Numbered from the stretch's first letter, positions 1 to 9,656 are shown. The stretch is 64,000 nucleotides of DNA from Candidatus Nanoarchaeia archaeon (GCA_028279755.1 JANQNB010000023.1:13390-77389), one strand, 5' to 3'. Numbers and translations are program-made. Notes: generated from the letters alone by a model not told the origin.

Positions 1-442
1 ACACAAGTTCGTCGCCGTGCTTTGCCACTGCATTGACAGGCACGCCGCGGACGTCGTTGCCGGTGATTTTGAAGTAGGGGTCGAGCCTGATCGTTCCTGT
101 TGGGTCGGTGAAGGACCAGTCGAGTTCAAAAACGCGTTCTTGCAGCGTATACTGGTACTTGTCCGCATCCGGAACAATATTCGGCCGCAGCCAGGTCCAG
201 TCCTCGATCGTGTGGAAGCCGTATTGCTCGATTGTGATCTTGGCCGGCAGTTTCGGCAGGTACGCGATTTTCCCGCTCGCGTGGCCGCTGACGGGGATGA
301 TACCAAACAATGAGACCTTGATCGTCGCTTCCTGTGGTTGTTTGAGCGTGTTGCTGACTGTCACCATGGATTTGAGCGGGAGGAGAAGATAGACCAAGAT
401 GGCAACAAGAATGACAACAGCGATTTTCCACCGCAATTCCAT
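1..442 (-). CDS. hypothetical membrane-anchored protein, N-terminal part (gene continues past the window edge)
   Basis: Absent from the ORF track because it runs off the edge. A reverse-strand ATG at 442 is followed by MELRWKIAVVILVAILVYLLLPL (one TM helix) and about 147 stop-free codons of genome-typical composition. Confidence 0.5.
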   Translation of the reverse strand, partial: MELRWKIAVVILVAILVYLLLPLKSMVTVSNTLKQPQEATIKVSLFGIIPVSGHASGKIAYLPKLPAKITIEQYGFHTIEDWTWLRPNIVPDADKYQYTLQERVFELDWSFTDPTGTIRLDPYFKITGNDVRGVPVNAVAKHGDELV

Positions 443-454
443 CGCAGAAAGTGA

Positions 455-1465
455 CTATGGAGCGTTAATAAAACTAGTGATTGCTTTGATCAGCATCGTA
501 GCGTAGCTGCCCTTTCCCAAGGTGAATGTCAAGGTGCATTTTTTCTTGCCAGGAAAGCAGTCATCATCCTCAAGCGCCCCAAGCTCAAGCTCCTTCACAT
601 CAATGAAGGCGTCGCGATTCTCGCCTTCCAGCGAGAGGTTGGGCAATTGCTTGATCACGAAATCGCGCGGCGTGAGGCTGTTCATTGCCAAAACGTCCTC
701 AACATACTTCTGGATAGCAGGGTCTACAGGCTCATTCCCGAAGCCTGGGAGCGGCAATGATTTATTTTCCATATTGTCATTAATTCCAGGGAAGACAAGC
801 GTGCCCTGGCTGTATTGCAATCGAGAGATCGTCTCAGCATTGTCCTCGATATAGCGCGCGAGCACCTCGTTCCACAGCTTGCTCTGGAAGGCATGGAGAT
901 AGAGCTTGAGGATCGTGTGCGGCACTTTCTGGATCGCGCCGACAAAGTCGGTTGGCGATTTCGTGAGATGTTCCTTGACTGCCGGCTCATCAATGAGCCC
1001 TGCTGCTTGCTTGAACTCTTTCCTGACAAGGGCTTCGCCAATACGCGCGTTGTTCGTGCTGAAACGCTGCTCGTCGAAATAATTCGGAACGCATCTCGGT
1101 AAGGACAGGACCTCATTCTCCATATTCCTGATGACTATCGTGAACGTATTCCCGTCGAGAACGCCAAGAGAGAGTGCTTCATCAACATAACCACAATATT
1201 CAATATTAAGGTTCGGGAGTTTAAGTTTTTCTTTTCCCTTGACTGTGAAGTATTGGGTCGTTACTGCTTTCTTGTCCTTTGCGCCAGCATAGCCAACCGC
1301 TTTGCGATCGACATGAAACGCTTTCGCAAGCTCGCGCGCGACATCCTCAGTATTCTTGTTCTTTTTCGTGACCTTGAGGAGCAGGTATCTGCCTTCCTCC
1401 TTGACATCATGGCTCGCAAGCTCTTCAACGACAAAGTCTTCAGGGATGTGCTTCAGGACGTACAT
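455..1465 (-). CDS. truD: tRNA pseudouridine synthase TruD/Pus7 family
   Basis: 336-aa ORF with GYAGAKDK (catalytic Asp motif) and NYFDEQRF, both typical of TruD. Confidence 0.85.
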   Translation of the reverse strand: MYVLKHIPEDFVVEELASHDVKEEGRYLLLKVTKKNKNTEDVARELAKAFHVDRKAVGYAGAKDKKAVTTQYFTVKGKEKLKLPNLNIEYCGYVDEALSLGVLDGNTFTIVIRNMENEVLSLPRCVPNYFDEQRFSTNNARIGEALVRKEFKQAAGLIDEPAVKEHLTKSPTDFVGAIQKVPHTILKLYLHAFQSKLWNEVLARYIEDNAETISRLQYSQGTLVFPGINDNMENKSLPLPGFGNEPVDPAIQKYVEDVLAMNSLTPRDFVIKQLPNLSLEGENRDAFIDVKELELGALEDDDCFPGKKKCTLTFTLGKGSYATMLIKAITSFINAP

Positions 1466-1519
1466 TGCAGCGTGGAATGAGGGAACCTTAATAAATCATT
1501 TTCTGGTTCGCTCAGGCAG

Positions 1520-1594
1520 GGGCCCGTAGCTCAGCTTGGATAGAGCACTTCCCTCCTAAGGAAGGGGTCGGGGGTTCGAATCCCTCCGGGTCCG
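1520..1594 (+). tRNA. tRNA-Arg (anticodon CCT), no intron, CCA not encoded
   Basis: Hand-folded 75-nt cloverleaf: GGGCCCG-TA-GCTC-AGCTTGGATA-GAGC-A-CTTCC-CTCCTAA-GGAAG-GGGTC-GGGGG-TTCGAAT-CCCTC-CGGGTCC-G. Confidence 0.9.
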
Positions 1595-1659
1595 TCCTCA
1601 CGTCCTTCGGACGTTCAGGGGGTTGGAGAGTAATTCGTTGAGAATAGCTCCCCAACCCG

Positions 1660-1733
1660 TTCGCTTTCGCCAATGACGAACATTTCGCTAGAGACCTTGT
1701 GTCTTGAAGAGAGTTAGCTGAGGCGAAAGCGAA
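1660..1733. terminator. perfect 12-bp inverted repeat between the convergent tRNA-Arg and the lipoprotein gene; possible bidirectional terminator hairpin
   Basis: TTCGCTTTCGCC (1660-1671) is the exact reverse complement of GGCGAAAGCGAA (1722-1733). A second hairpin, GGGTTGG...CCAACCC, lies at about 1618-1658. Confidence 0.35.
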
Positions 1734-2660
1734 TTATTTCAGAACAGCATTGATCTCGTCTGGCCGGTAGCCGGCTTTCTGCAGCGCACTCCTGATGGCG
1801 TCGTTCGGCATGCCTTTCGCGCGTTGTTTCTGCACGTAGTCCACGAGCTGTGGCGAGGGCGGAGATCCACCGATCGCACCAAGCGTCTTCGGCTCGATTG
1901 GTGCACCGCTTGTCGGTGTTGCAGGGTCTGGCCCGGCCGTGCTTGGCTCGCTCGGCATCGCTTCCCGTTTCCGTTTCCCATGCTTGGCCAGGAGCACAAA
2001 GAGTATGATGATGACCAGGAGAACCCCACCTCCGATGGCAGCTGTTGGCATCAGATTCAGTGTTCTGCTTGTCACATGGAGCTGCTCACCTTCCTCGACC
2101 TCGAGCAGGTCGATCGTCACTGTGTTCCCATCAACCTCGCCAATGGCTGCTGCACTGATCGTGCCAGGCATGGTGAGCGTGTAGGTGAATTCCATCCCCA
2201 TCATCTTGAGCATGTCAGCGCTGCCGTCAGCTCCTGGCGGCGCTCCGGCATTGAGATCGTCAGAATCGCCGGCAAGACCCTTGGCCTTGGCGACATCGAT
2301 CTCATATGTCTTGTAGGGAATGCCGTTTGTCACGATCACTGCGGATTCTTCCTTGGGCAGCCGCCCGGTGATGATCATCTTGTTGTCGTCAGTCACTGTG
2401 CATTGGCGATCAAGCAGAGCGAGCTCGTCGCTGTCCATGTCTTCGCAGCTTGGCATTGCCATGCCCATATCCATGCTGCCGTTCGTCATGTTCGATTCGT
2501 TCATCTGTGCAGCAGCCAGACCCATCATTGGCGAGAAGTCATACGTGATCGTGACATCCGAGTCGCCGTTCGGCAGCACGACCTGGTCCATGTGGATCTT
2601 GATGCACCCGCTGAGGAGGAATAGGAGGATGGCAAGTGAGAACAGCACTCTCCTCTTCAT
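1734..2660 (-). CDS. putative lipoprotein with C-terminal TM helix and a short cytoplasmic helical tail
   Basis: N-terminal signal with lipobox (LLFLLSGC), a C-terminal hydrophobic segment (GGGVLLVIIILFVLLA), a Pro-rich linker, then the tail LVDYVQKQRAKGMPNDAIRSALQKAGYRPDEINAVLK. Confidence 0.6.
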   Translation of the reverse strand: MKRRVLFSLAILLFLLSGCIKIHMDQVVLPNGDSDVTITYDFSPMMGLAAAQMNESNMTNGSMDMGMAMPSCEDMDSDELALLDRQCTVTDDNKMIITGRLPKEESAVIVTNGIPYKTYEIDVAKAKGLAGDSDDLNAGAPPGADGSADMLKMMGMEFTYTLTMPGTISAAAIGEVDGNTVTIDLLEVEEGEQLHVTSRTLNLMPTAAIGGGVLLVIIILFVLLAKHGKRKREAMPSEPSTAGPDPATPTSGAPIEPKTLGAIGGSPPSPQLVDYVQKQRAKGMPNDAIRSALQKAGYRPDEINAVLK

Positions 2661-2681
2661 GCTGTATTCTTCCAGAACAGC

Positions 2682-3215
2682 TTATTTAAAGTTTGCTATG
2701 AGTTCCTTGTACCGCGTTTCAGCAAGCTTTTTTCCAGAGTCAAGGGTGCAAGCTTTAGTGAACCACGCATCTATTTTCCGCAGAAACTTTTCTTCACCAA
2801 GCTGTTTTTGTTTCCGTTCCAGCAGGATCTCATCAAAAAAAAGCGCGACGCCGTCAGCAGCCTGAATCACCTTGACCTCGAGCTTGTCAGTTGTGCCGAT
2901 CCATTGCGTGCCATGCTTTCGGACACATTCGACGATGAGTTCGATTTTTTCCTGCGGAAGCCCGAGATCCTCAAGAAAAGCCTGCGACCATTGCGCTCCG
3001 CGCTCAGCATGATCGTCGCGACCGGCAGCAGTGCCGATGTCATGCAACAACGCTGAGATTTCGAGCAGCTCTTCGTCCACCCCTTCGATCTTCGCAATTT
3101 TCACTGCGTACTCGCGCACCAGGCGCGTGTGCTGTTCCCAGAGCGTCGGGTCTGTCTCGTTGTCGATGCAGAACGGCTTGGCGAACTCCTCGACTTGCTC
3201 GATGAGCTCGCTCAT
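2682..3215 (-). CDS. HD-domain metal-dependent phosphohydrolase
   Basis: LLHDIG motif with a downstream His/Asp pattern. Its ATG overlaps the stop of the upstream HD gene (ATGA at 3212-3215). Confidence 0.7.
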   Translation of the reverse strand: MSELIEQVEEFAKPFCIDNETDPTLWEQHTRLVREYAVKIAKIEGVDEELLEISALLHDIGTAAGRDDHAERGAQWSQAFLEDLGLPQEKIELIVECVRKHGTQWIGTTDKLEVKVIQAADGVALFFDEILLERKQKQLGEEKFLRKIDAWFTKACTLDSGKKLAETRYKELIANFK

Positions 3216-3796
3216 TTGAGCAAGCCCCGCTGCTTTGCCTCAGCGAACATCTTCTCGTGCAAGGCGAGCGTGAGTTCACTGTGCTGCATGATGGGGCGCT
3301 TCTTTTCGTCAACCTGCCGAGCAGAGATGCCGAGCCGTTTCCAGGAAGAGCCTTCACTGGCCAGGTTCATCGCCATCGGGTGCAAGCGGTCGAAGGCCTT
3401 GAGGAACTTCGCCTCCTTTGTCTCTTCAGCCTCGAACTCCAGAAAGAGGTCAAGGAATTCCTTGCCCACATCATCTGGGAGGCGTCCGAAGATCTCTTTT
3501 GCAGCTTTGCGTTCCTCTGCCTGCTTGTTCTTCCGTGCTTCCTCGTCAAAGAAGGGCACATCGCCAGATTCGATTTCAACGATGTCGTGGATGATTGCCA
3601 TTTTCACCGCTTTCAGCATGTCAAAATCCTCAGGAAAGTCCTTTTCGAAGAGCAGGAGCATGAGCGCGAAATGCCAGGAATGCTCAGCGCTGCTCTCGCG
3701 GCGACTGATATCAGAAAGATCGACTGCTCGATAGACTTGCTTGAGCTTCTCAGTGTTCCGAACAAAATCCAGGAGTTGATCATAGCGATCAGTCAT
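3212..3796 (-). CDS. HD-domain 5'-deoxynucleotidase (YfbR/HDDC2-like)
   Basis: ESSAEHSWH ... AIIHDIVEIESGD motifs. Start moved to MTDRYDQLL (ATG 3796) because a TATA element lies about 25 nt upstream; the track's 18-codon extension would cover that promoter. Confidence 0.7.
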   Translation of the reverse strand: MTDRYDQLLDFVRNTEKLKQVYRAVDLSDISRRESSAEHSWHFALMLLLFEKDFPEDFDMLKAVKMAIIHDIVEIESGDVPFFDEEARKNKQAEERKAAKEIFGRLPDDVGKEFLDLFLEFEAEETKEAKFLKAFDRLHPMAMNLASEGSSWKRLGISARQVDEKKRPIMQHSELTLALHEKMFAEAKQRGLLK

Positions 3797-3818
3797 CCTC
3801 GCAGGTAGCTGGGAACCG

Positions 3819-3827
3819 TATAAAAAA
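3819..3827. promoter_or_regulatory. shared back-to-back TATA element for divergent, probably leaderless genes
   Basis: TATAAAAAA reads as a TATA box on both strands. It lies about 25 nt from ATG 3796 (reverse) and ATG 3854 (forward). Confidence 0.4.
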
Positions 3828-3853
3828 CTATGGAAAAACATAAAATACATTCC

Positions 3854-5311
3854 ATGTTGCTACCCGGGGTGAGAGATGACTGGATTATTGCGGGCGAGTG
3901 GGATAACATCCCGATGTTTATCATCGACTCGTGGAATGGCATTTACAACAACACCGTAACAAAGGAACTGTGCGGCGACTTCCTGCGCGTTCTTCAGTTC
4001 ACCACAGGGAAGAATCATGAATACATGTACCTCTCCACGAGCAGCGAGCAGCATCTTGTCGAACTTCTTCGGGACATGTTCCGGAAAGACGCAAAAGCGT
4101 TCCATAAAATCATGGACAACTACTACAAACAACGCGAGAAGAACCTTGAGCGCATGCGAGAGATCGCAGCCCTTGACCTCCGCAAGCTCAGCAACAAAGA
4201 ACTGCTCGAGGTTTTCCGCGAGTCTCGCACGCTCGTCGGCTACAGCGGGGCGCATGATTGGTTCAGCTTCGGCGTTGATCGTCGTATTATTGATATTGTA
4301 GAGCTCGACGAATATTTCAAAGAGCATCCGGAAGAGAAAGATGCCATTCTGAATTTCACGAGTCCTGATGCCTTGCTGACGACTATCAAAGAGGAAATTG
4401 AGCTCCTCAGTCTTGCCAAGAAAGCGAAAGGTCTCAGTCGCGAAGGGATTAAGAAAGAATTCGAAAAGGAGCTCGCACAACTCAGTGAAGACTTCGGATG
4501 GCTGAGCGCGCTCATCTATTATCCTATCAAGAATGCGGCCGCTTATGCTGAAGAGATCCATGAACTGTCGCAGAAAGACACGCTTGATGAGGAACTCGAG
4601 GAGAAAGAGAACTACACCGCAAATATCAACAAGGCGCTCGCGGAATACATCAAAGAGAAGCAACCGCCGCAGAAGGTCATTGATAGCATCAACGCGATCA
4701 GAAAACTCAGTGAGATACGCGCTGTTGGTGAAATGGATGCCATCTATGGCTTCACTCGATTCCGCAACATTGACAAGGAGATCCAATCACGATTCAGTCT
4801 AAGCCAGGATCAGTATTATGCCTTGTATCTTGACGAAGTGGAAGCCTTGCTGAAAGGCCGAACGATCGAGATCGACTACGATCAGCGTTTTGAACTTGAT
4901 GGCACCTACCGTGACGATGATGGCAAGTTCCAGGAGGTCGAGAAGGCTACAGAACTCTTTGCGCGGCTCCAGAAGCAAAAACGACAAGGCGAAGAGCTCA
5001 AAGGCATGCCAGGTTGCCCAGGAACTGCTCGCGGAACTGTGCGGATTATTCGTGGTTCGAACGATATTGGCAGTTTCAAAGAAGGGGACATACTTGTCGC
5101 AAAAGCTACCTGTGTCGATTATGTCGTGATCATGAAGAAAGCGGGTGCGATCGTGACCGAATATGGCGGGATAACTTCTCACGCTGCAGTCGTCTCGCGC
5201 GAGCTGGGCGTTCCGAGCGTGATCGGCGTTCCCAACGTAACCGAGCTGCTGAAAGAAGGCGAACGCGTTGAGGTCGACGCAGACAAAGGCGCGATCACAC
5301 GAATAGAATAA
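3854..5311 (+). CDS. PEP-utilising-enzyme mobile (swivel His) domain protein, paralogue 1
   Basis: C-terminal CPGTARGTVRII...GDILVAKATCVDYVVIMKKAGAIVTEYGGITSHAAVVSRELGVPSVIG matches the phospho-His swivel domain of PpsA/PPDK. The N-terminal ~330 aa are helical and unassigned. An alternative start is ATG 3830 (ORF track), but that sits directly on the TATA box. Confidence 0.75.
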   Translation: MLLPGVRDDWIIAGEWDNIPMFIIDSWNGIYNNTVTKELCGDFLRVLQFTTGKNHEYMYLSTSSEQHLVELLRDMFRKDAKAFHKIMDNYYKQREKNLERMREIAALDLRKLSNKELLEVFRESRTLVGYSGAHDWFSFGVDRRIIDIVELDEYFKEHPEEKDAILNFTSPDALLTTIKEEIELLSLAKKAKGLSREGIKKEFEKELAQLSEDFGWLSALIYYPIKNAAAYAEEIHELSQKDTLDEELEEKENYTANINKALAEYIKEKQPPQKVIDSINAIRKLSEIRAVGEMDAIYGFTRFRNIDKEIQSRFSLSQDQYYALYLDEVEALLKGRTIEIDYDQRFELDGTYRDDDGKFQEVEKATELFARLQKQKRQGEELKGMPGCPGTARGTVRIIRGSNDIGSFKEGDILVAKATCVDYVVIMKKAGAIVTEYGGITSHAAVVSRELGVPSVIGVPNVTELLKEGERVEVDADKGAITRIE

Positions 5312-5378
5312 TAATATTTTCTATATTGAAAATAATTAGCCCATCACATTAATAAATCCCTTTCCGCCCTTTCCAGGC

Positions 5379-6500
5379 ATGAGCATCAAGGAGCGGATCA
5401 AGAAGGTCGGGTGGAAAGAAGCGCTCATCACCAAGGCAATCGTGGGCTCGATCATCGGCGGCCTCGTGCTCACTGTTGCGCTGGTCTGGGGCATCGGCGT
5501 GCAGGAAGTACTCGCCACCTTTCTCAACGCGAAATGGTACCTGATCATCGGCTACCTCCTGGTGAGCATCGCGATCGCGATCGGGGTCACGTACAAGTGG
5601 GGCATCGCGCTCGACGCATACGGAGTGAAGCTGCCATTCAGCACCCTGTTTATTTTCCGCTTGATCGGCTTCGCAGTCGGCTATGTCACCCCGATGGCGC
5701 ACGTCGGCGGCGAGCCTGTTCGCGCATTGCTCGTCGGCAAGCAGGGCATCCCGTACAAAGTGAGTTTCAGCGCAGTCATCGTCGACAAGATGCTCGAACT
5801 CATGTTCAACATCGCGATCTTTTTCATTGGTGCGTTGATCATCGCCAACGCTGCCGACTTCCCGCTGGTTGCCAGGGCCACGATCTTCGTGCTCAGCCTC
5901 ATCCTCGTCGTGGCAGCATCGATCTTCACCTACAACGTCTTCAAGAAGAAGAAGGTCTTCGTGCCGATCCTCAAATTCCTCCGCTTCCACAAGCGGAAGA
6001 ACTGGAAGAGCCTGTCCAAGAGCGTCAACGAAGTCGAGCTCCTGATCGAGCATTTCTACGCGAACCGCAAACGGCATTTCCATCGCTCCCTGCTCGTCAA
6101 CGCGATCCTCTGGGCCCTGATGTTCATGGAGTACAAGTTCGCGCTGCTCATCCTCGGGTACGACGCGAACATCTTCGGCATCTTCCTCTTCCTGACAGGC
6201 GTGGGGATCGCGTACAGCATTCCGATACCCGCAGCCTTGGGTGTGCTCGAACTGGGCCAGATTTCGGCCGGCGCATTGCTCGGCATCAAGGCAGCGGTGG
6301 GCGTTGCGCTCGCCTTCCTCATCCGCATCCGGGACATCCTGTGGACGATCGTCGGGCTCATCCTGCTGGCCATCTTCCATCTCAACATCTTCAACCTGTA
6401 CAAGAAGAGCAGGGACGCCGCAGCCAAGTACAACTTCAAGCATCTGCATCCAGAGCTGCGCACCCTGTATCGAGGCATCAGCGACGAATTGACAAAATGA
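5379..6500 (+). CDS. flippase-like / lysyl-phosphatidylglycerol-synthase TM-region family membrane protein (UPF0104)
   Basis: 373 aa and polytopic. The N-terminal pattern (KWYLIIGYLLVSIAI...LIGFAVGYVTPMAHVGGEPVRALL) is typical of this family. Confidence 0.6.
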   Translation: MSIKERIKKVGWKEALITKAIVGSIIGGLVLTVALVWGIGVQEVLATFLNAKWYLIIGYLLVSIAIAIGVTYKWGIALDAYGVKLPFSTLFIFRLIGFAVGYVTPMAHVGGEPVRALLVGKQGIPYKVSFSAVIVDKMLELMFNIAIFFIGALIIANAADFPLVARATIFVLSLILVVAASIFTYNVFKKKKVFVPILKFLRFHKRKNWKSLSKSVNEVELLIEHFYANRKRHFHRSLLVNAILWALMFMEYKFALLILGYDANIFGIFLFLTGVGIAYSIPIPAALGVLELGQISAGALLGIKAAVGVALAFLIRIRDILWTIVGLILLAIFHLNIFNLYKKSRDAAAKYNFKHLHPELRTLYRGISDELTK

Positions 6501-7618
6501 ACCACCATATCGTCATGGAAGGGCTACGCATCGGCATGCACGGCCTGCGCTGCCATTTCACCGGGCCGAAACGCTACAAGGGTAACGCCGCAGCGATCTG
6601 CACCCAGATCATGGAGGGCTGCTGGGACGAGCAACTCGGCATCTTCATGACCAGCCAGCATAATTATCCGCATTTCTACGCGCGCGACTTCGGCATGTGC
6701 GTCGACTCCCTGCTCGCGCTCGGCCATCGGCAACGCGTCAGGCAAACGCTTGCATGGGCATTGCAACGCTATCTGGAAGCAGGTCGTGTGACCCAGATCA
6801 TCAGGCGCAACGGCAAGGCCTATAATTTCCCTGATTGTGAAAGCCCGGACGCGCTCGCCTTCCTGCTCTACAGCATTGCGGCATTGAATGATAAAAAACT
6901 CCAAAAAAAATACAAAGCCTTCCTGGAAAAAGAACTGCGACGGTTCGTCAAGGCTGTCGTCGACACGAAAACCGGGCTGTGCAAACGCGGCATGCATCTC
7001 GGCGGGATGCGGGACTACGCAATCCGCGACAGCAGCTGCTACGACAACGTGATGCTAGCTGCCATAAAAAAATACTCAAAAAAATTAAAACTCAAAAACC
7101 CCTTGTCCAAGTACAACTATGAGAAACTGCTCATCAAAAACTTCTGGACAGGCTCCTACTTCAAGGACGACATGGTGAACGACGAGCTGACAGGCGACGC
7201 GAATGTTCTCCCTTTCTGGTTCCGCGTCCTGCCGAAGAGCAAAGAGAAAACCCTGTTCAGGAAAGCCCTCACTGCTATGAAAGGCCTCGACCTCGACAAG
7301 CCAGTCGCGCTCCGCTACGAACCGCACAAGAATGCGAGCGTGAAGATGCACTGGATGGACCCCTTGACCGGCTCGTGGGAGACAGACACGGTCTGGATCC
7401 ACCTCGGCAATCTCTTCCTGCAAGCTGTGGCACGGCTCGATCCAAAGACTGCAAAGACCTACTTGTTAGGACATAAGAAACTCATCGAGCGCGAACGCCA
7501 TTACCCCGAACTGCTGAACAAAGAGGGGAAACCGTTCAAGGCCTTCTTCCTCCATGCTGACGACAGCATGCTCTGGGCATGCAATTATCTGGCGCTATCG
7601 AAAAGACTGAAGATCTAG
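6497..7618 (+). CDS. six-hairpin (alpha/alpha)6 glycosidase-like protein
   Basis: Real start is MNHHIV (ATG 6497), overlapping the upstream stop (ATGA). Helical-repeat composition with YARDFGMCVDSLLALG and WIHLGNLFLQAV-type segments. The family call is tentative. Confidence 0.45.
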   Translation: MNHHIVMEGLRIGMHGLRCHFTGPKRYKGNAAAICTQIMEGCWDEQLGIFMTSQHNYPHFYARDFGMCVDSLLALGHRQRVRQTLAWALQRYLEAGRVTQIIRRNGKAYNFPDCESPDALAFLLYSIAALNDKKLQKKYKAFLEKELRRFVKAVVDTKTGLCKRGMHLGGMRDYAIRDSSCYDNVMLAAIKKYSKKLKLKNPLSKYNYEKLLIKNFWTGSYFKDDMVNDELTGDANVLPFWFRVLPKSKEKTLFRKALTAMKGLDLDKPVALRYEPHKNASVKMHWMDPLTGSWETDTVWIHLGNLFLQAVARLDPKTAKTYLLGHKKLIERERHYPELLNKEGKPFKAFFLHADDSMLWACNYLALSKRLKI

Positions 7619-8449
7619 ACGCAACGCCTTTTTCGGGAACGACGCCGCTTTCTGGATCCCGCCCTTGACGCCGCGCTCGAACTTCGTGGCGACACTGCCC
7701 TTGGCATAGTTCAACGCGCGCTCGTGCGGCTTCAGCTCGGTGCCGACGATGCGGACATGGCCGCGCTTGATATTGTCCAGGTGTCCTTTGATTGAGCGAG
7801 CCTTGCTCACCGTGACAGCGCTGCCCAGGGCGTTGAGCATGTGGCCGTCGCTGCCGCCAGCCATCCCCTTGCCCAATTGCACAGCCCAGCCCAAGGCTGA
7901 GAGGTTGCTCCTCCTCGTTTCAGTGCAGTTGATGACCTCGACGCTGTCAAAGCCTTCGATAAGCGGCTTGTGCTGCTTGCGACGGAAGAACGGATACGCC
8001 TTCCTCGGCTGCGGCGCGAACGGGTGCGGCATGTGCACCACGCAGTTCTCTTTTTCGAGCCAGAGCAGGATGTCGCGGATCCGGAACGGGGTACGGCTCG
8101 ATCGCAGCGCGTTCTTGTCCTTGAGCCAGGGCGCGATCCGCTTGTTGTAGAATCGTTCAAGGTCCTTGTCATTATAGAAATAGGCGATGACTTCCTTGCC
8201 CTGCTTGCTGCACAGCTCAACGCCAGGAATGATCGGCGCGTTCTTGAATTTGCGGGCCTCGAGCACGCCGCCGATCCTGTTATGGTCAGTGATCGCGACA
8301 TAGATGCCGAGCTTGCGCGCCATGGCCACGATATCCTTCACCAGTGTCTTGCAGTCATGGCTGTGGCTCGTGTGAAAATGCATGTCTGCGACAAAGCCGA
8401 GCTTCCGCAGCGCTGGGATATCCGGTGCCTCGTGATCCACCCTGAGCAT
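7595..8449 (-). CDS. PHP-domain metal-dependent phosphoesterase
   Basis: ADMHFHTSHSHD ... ITDHN motifs of the PHP family. Confidence 0.75.
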   Translation of the reverse strand: MLRVDHEAPDIPALRKLGFVADMHFHTSHSHDCKTLVKDIVAMARKLGIYVAITDHNRIGGVLEARKFKNAPIIPGVELCSKQGKEVIAYFYNDKDLERFYNKRIAPWLKDKNALRSSRTPFRIRDILLWLEKENCVVHMPHPFAPQPRKAYPFFRRKQHKPLIEGFDSVEVINCTETRRSNLSALGWAVQLGKGMAGGSDGHMLNALGSAVTVSKARSIKGHLDNIKRGHVRIVGTELKPHERALNYAKGSVATKFERGVKGGIQKAASFPKKALRLDLQSFR

Positions 8450-8527
8450 GGAAACGATGCCCGGACACCGGTTTATATGATTTTTCTTTCAGAGTTGGGG
8501 GTCAGCGCAGCGGCACTATTCACCTCC

Positions 8528-9067
8528 TCAGAACTTATCCTTAAGGAGTCCCAGGTGCCAACCGAGCCAGTGCGAGCCAGCGCTGAACAGCCCGTTGAAG
8601 ACAAGGAGGAAGACGAACCAGGCCCAGCCCGGCCAGAACAACCAGAAGGTAAGCAGGAAGGCGCCAAGGGTGTAATCGATTTGGTCCCAGGGCACAAAAG
8701 GCCTGCCTGGCTTGATCTGAAAACGCCGCTTGAGCAGGCTCTTACCAGTGTCTCCAACGAAGATCGCGCCGAACGCGAGGAGGAAGCCGTACCACCAAGG
8801 GAAGGACTCGTAGGGGATGAATGGGGTCTTGACAGAAGCGGTAAGCACATATTTCTGGAGCAGGAAGACAAGGCCGCCGAGGAGCGTGCCGCCGATGACG
8901 CCACGCCAGGTCTTGTTCTCGCCAAGCAAGCGCTTACCTCGAAACTTGAGGCCAAGATCCACCGGGGTTTCCCAATGAGGAAAGAGCTTCGCAACAGAAG
9001 AGGGAGCGCTGTTGGCAATATACCCTGGCAGGAAGCAGTAGACAAGTTGCAGTGCTTGGAGTATCAT
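8528..9067 (-). CDS. carS: CDP-archaeol synthase
   Basis: LPGYIANSAPS ... GENKTWRGVIGG, the CarS (DUF46) signature; 179 aa, multi-TM. Confidence 0.8.
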   Translation of the reverse strand: MILQALQLVYCFLPGYIANSAPSSVAKLFPHWETPVDLGLKFRGKRLLGENKTWRGVIGGTLLGGLVFLLQKYVLTASVKTPFIPYESFPWWYGFLLAFGAIFVGDTGKSLLKRRFQIKPGRPFVPWDQIDYTLGAFLLTFWLFWPGWAWFVFLLVFNGLFSAGSHWLGWHLGLLKDKF

Positions 9068-9074
9068 AACGCAC

Positions 9075-9656
9075 CTATAGTTTCGGGAACTTGAGCAGGC
9101 TGAGCATCAGTATCCCTGCAAAGAGCGTCACAATGGCAAGCCCCCAGCCTGGTAGCATGAGTGACGGCAGATCGATCGCGTGCGGCAGGCTGACGAGCAG
9201 CACGAGGAAGGCCGCTGCCGGGACTGGCAAGCCGACATAATTCTTTTCCGCCTTGCCAGCTTCTTTTATCAGGTTGAAACGCGCCAGCCGGAACGCGGCA
9301 GCGAGCCCGTAGAGCGCCGATACTGCGAGGATGAGATCATCGCCAGGGAAGAAGCTCAGGAGGATGACGCCAGGCGCGATGCCGAACGTGACAAGGTCTG
9401 CCAAGGAGTCCAGCTCTCGGCCGAAATCATGCGCGAGCTTGTACGCGCGGGCGATCTTGCCGTCGAAATAATCGAAGATCATGCCCGCAACGACGAGTAT
9501 GATCGCGATAAGGGTCTCGCCCTTGATCGCGCTGAAGACAGCTGCGACGCCGGCGACGAGATTCAGCGCAGTGATAAGATCGGGAAAAGTCACCTCAAAT
9601 CCAAGAGCTCTGATGATGGGAAAAGTCTCAGTCCTCGCTTTCTTCGCTTTTTTCAT
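9075..9656 (-). CDS. pssA: CDP-alcohol phosphatidyltransferase, archaetidylserine synthase-like
   Basis: DYFDGKIARAYKLAHDFGRELDSLADLV fits D-G-x2-A-R-x8-G-x3-D-x3-D. Membrane protein, adjacent to carS and psd. Confidence 0.75.
   Translation of the reverse strand: MKKAKKARTETFPIIRALGFEVTFPDLITALNLVAGVAAVFSAIKGETLIAIILVVAGMIFDYFDGKIARAYKLAHDFGRELDSLADLVTFGIAPGVILLSFFPGDDLILAVSALYGLAAAFRLARFNLIKEAGKAEKNYVGLPVPAAAFLVLLVSLPHAIDLPSLMLPGWGLAIVTLFAGILMLSLLKFPKL

Noticed and set aside
1598-1616. Small hairpin ACGTCC-TTC-GGACGT just after tRNA-Arg, as a functional element
   Set aside because: It is only 6 bp with a 3-nt loop and no T-run. It may help 3' processing or termination, but the evidence is insufficient to call.
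5349-6449. Long antisense ORFs. Examples: 5349-6449(-), 7970-9094(+), 15909-17087(-), 17634-18899(-), 22254-23165(-), 29371-30636(-), 55756-57057(+), 57894-58790(+), 62389-63150(+), 63223-63843(+)
   Set aside because: Each lies opposite a gene with clear family motifs, has an Arg/Asp/His/Val-heavy shadow-frame composition, and lacks motifs or plausible starts. This is the typical stop-codon depletion of GC-rich DNA.
5411-6496. N-terminal 362 codons of the 735-aa forward ORF
   Set aside because: This part is Arg/Pro/His-rich low-complexity sequence, out of frame with and fully overlapping the convincing polytopic membrane gene at 5379-6500. The real gene starts at ATG 6497, at an ATGA overlap.
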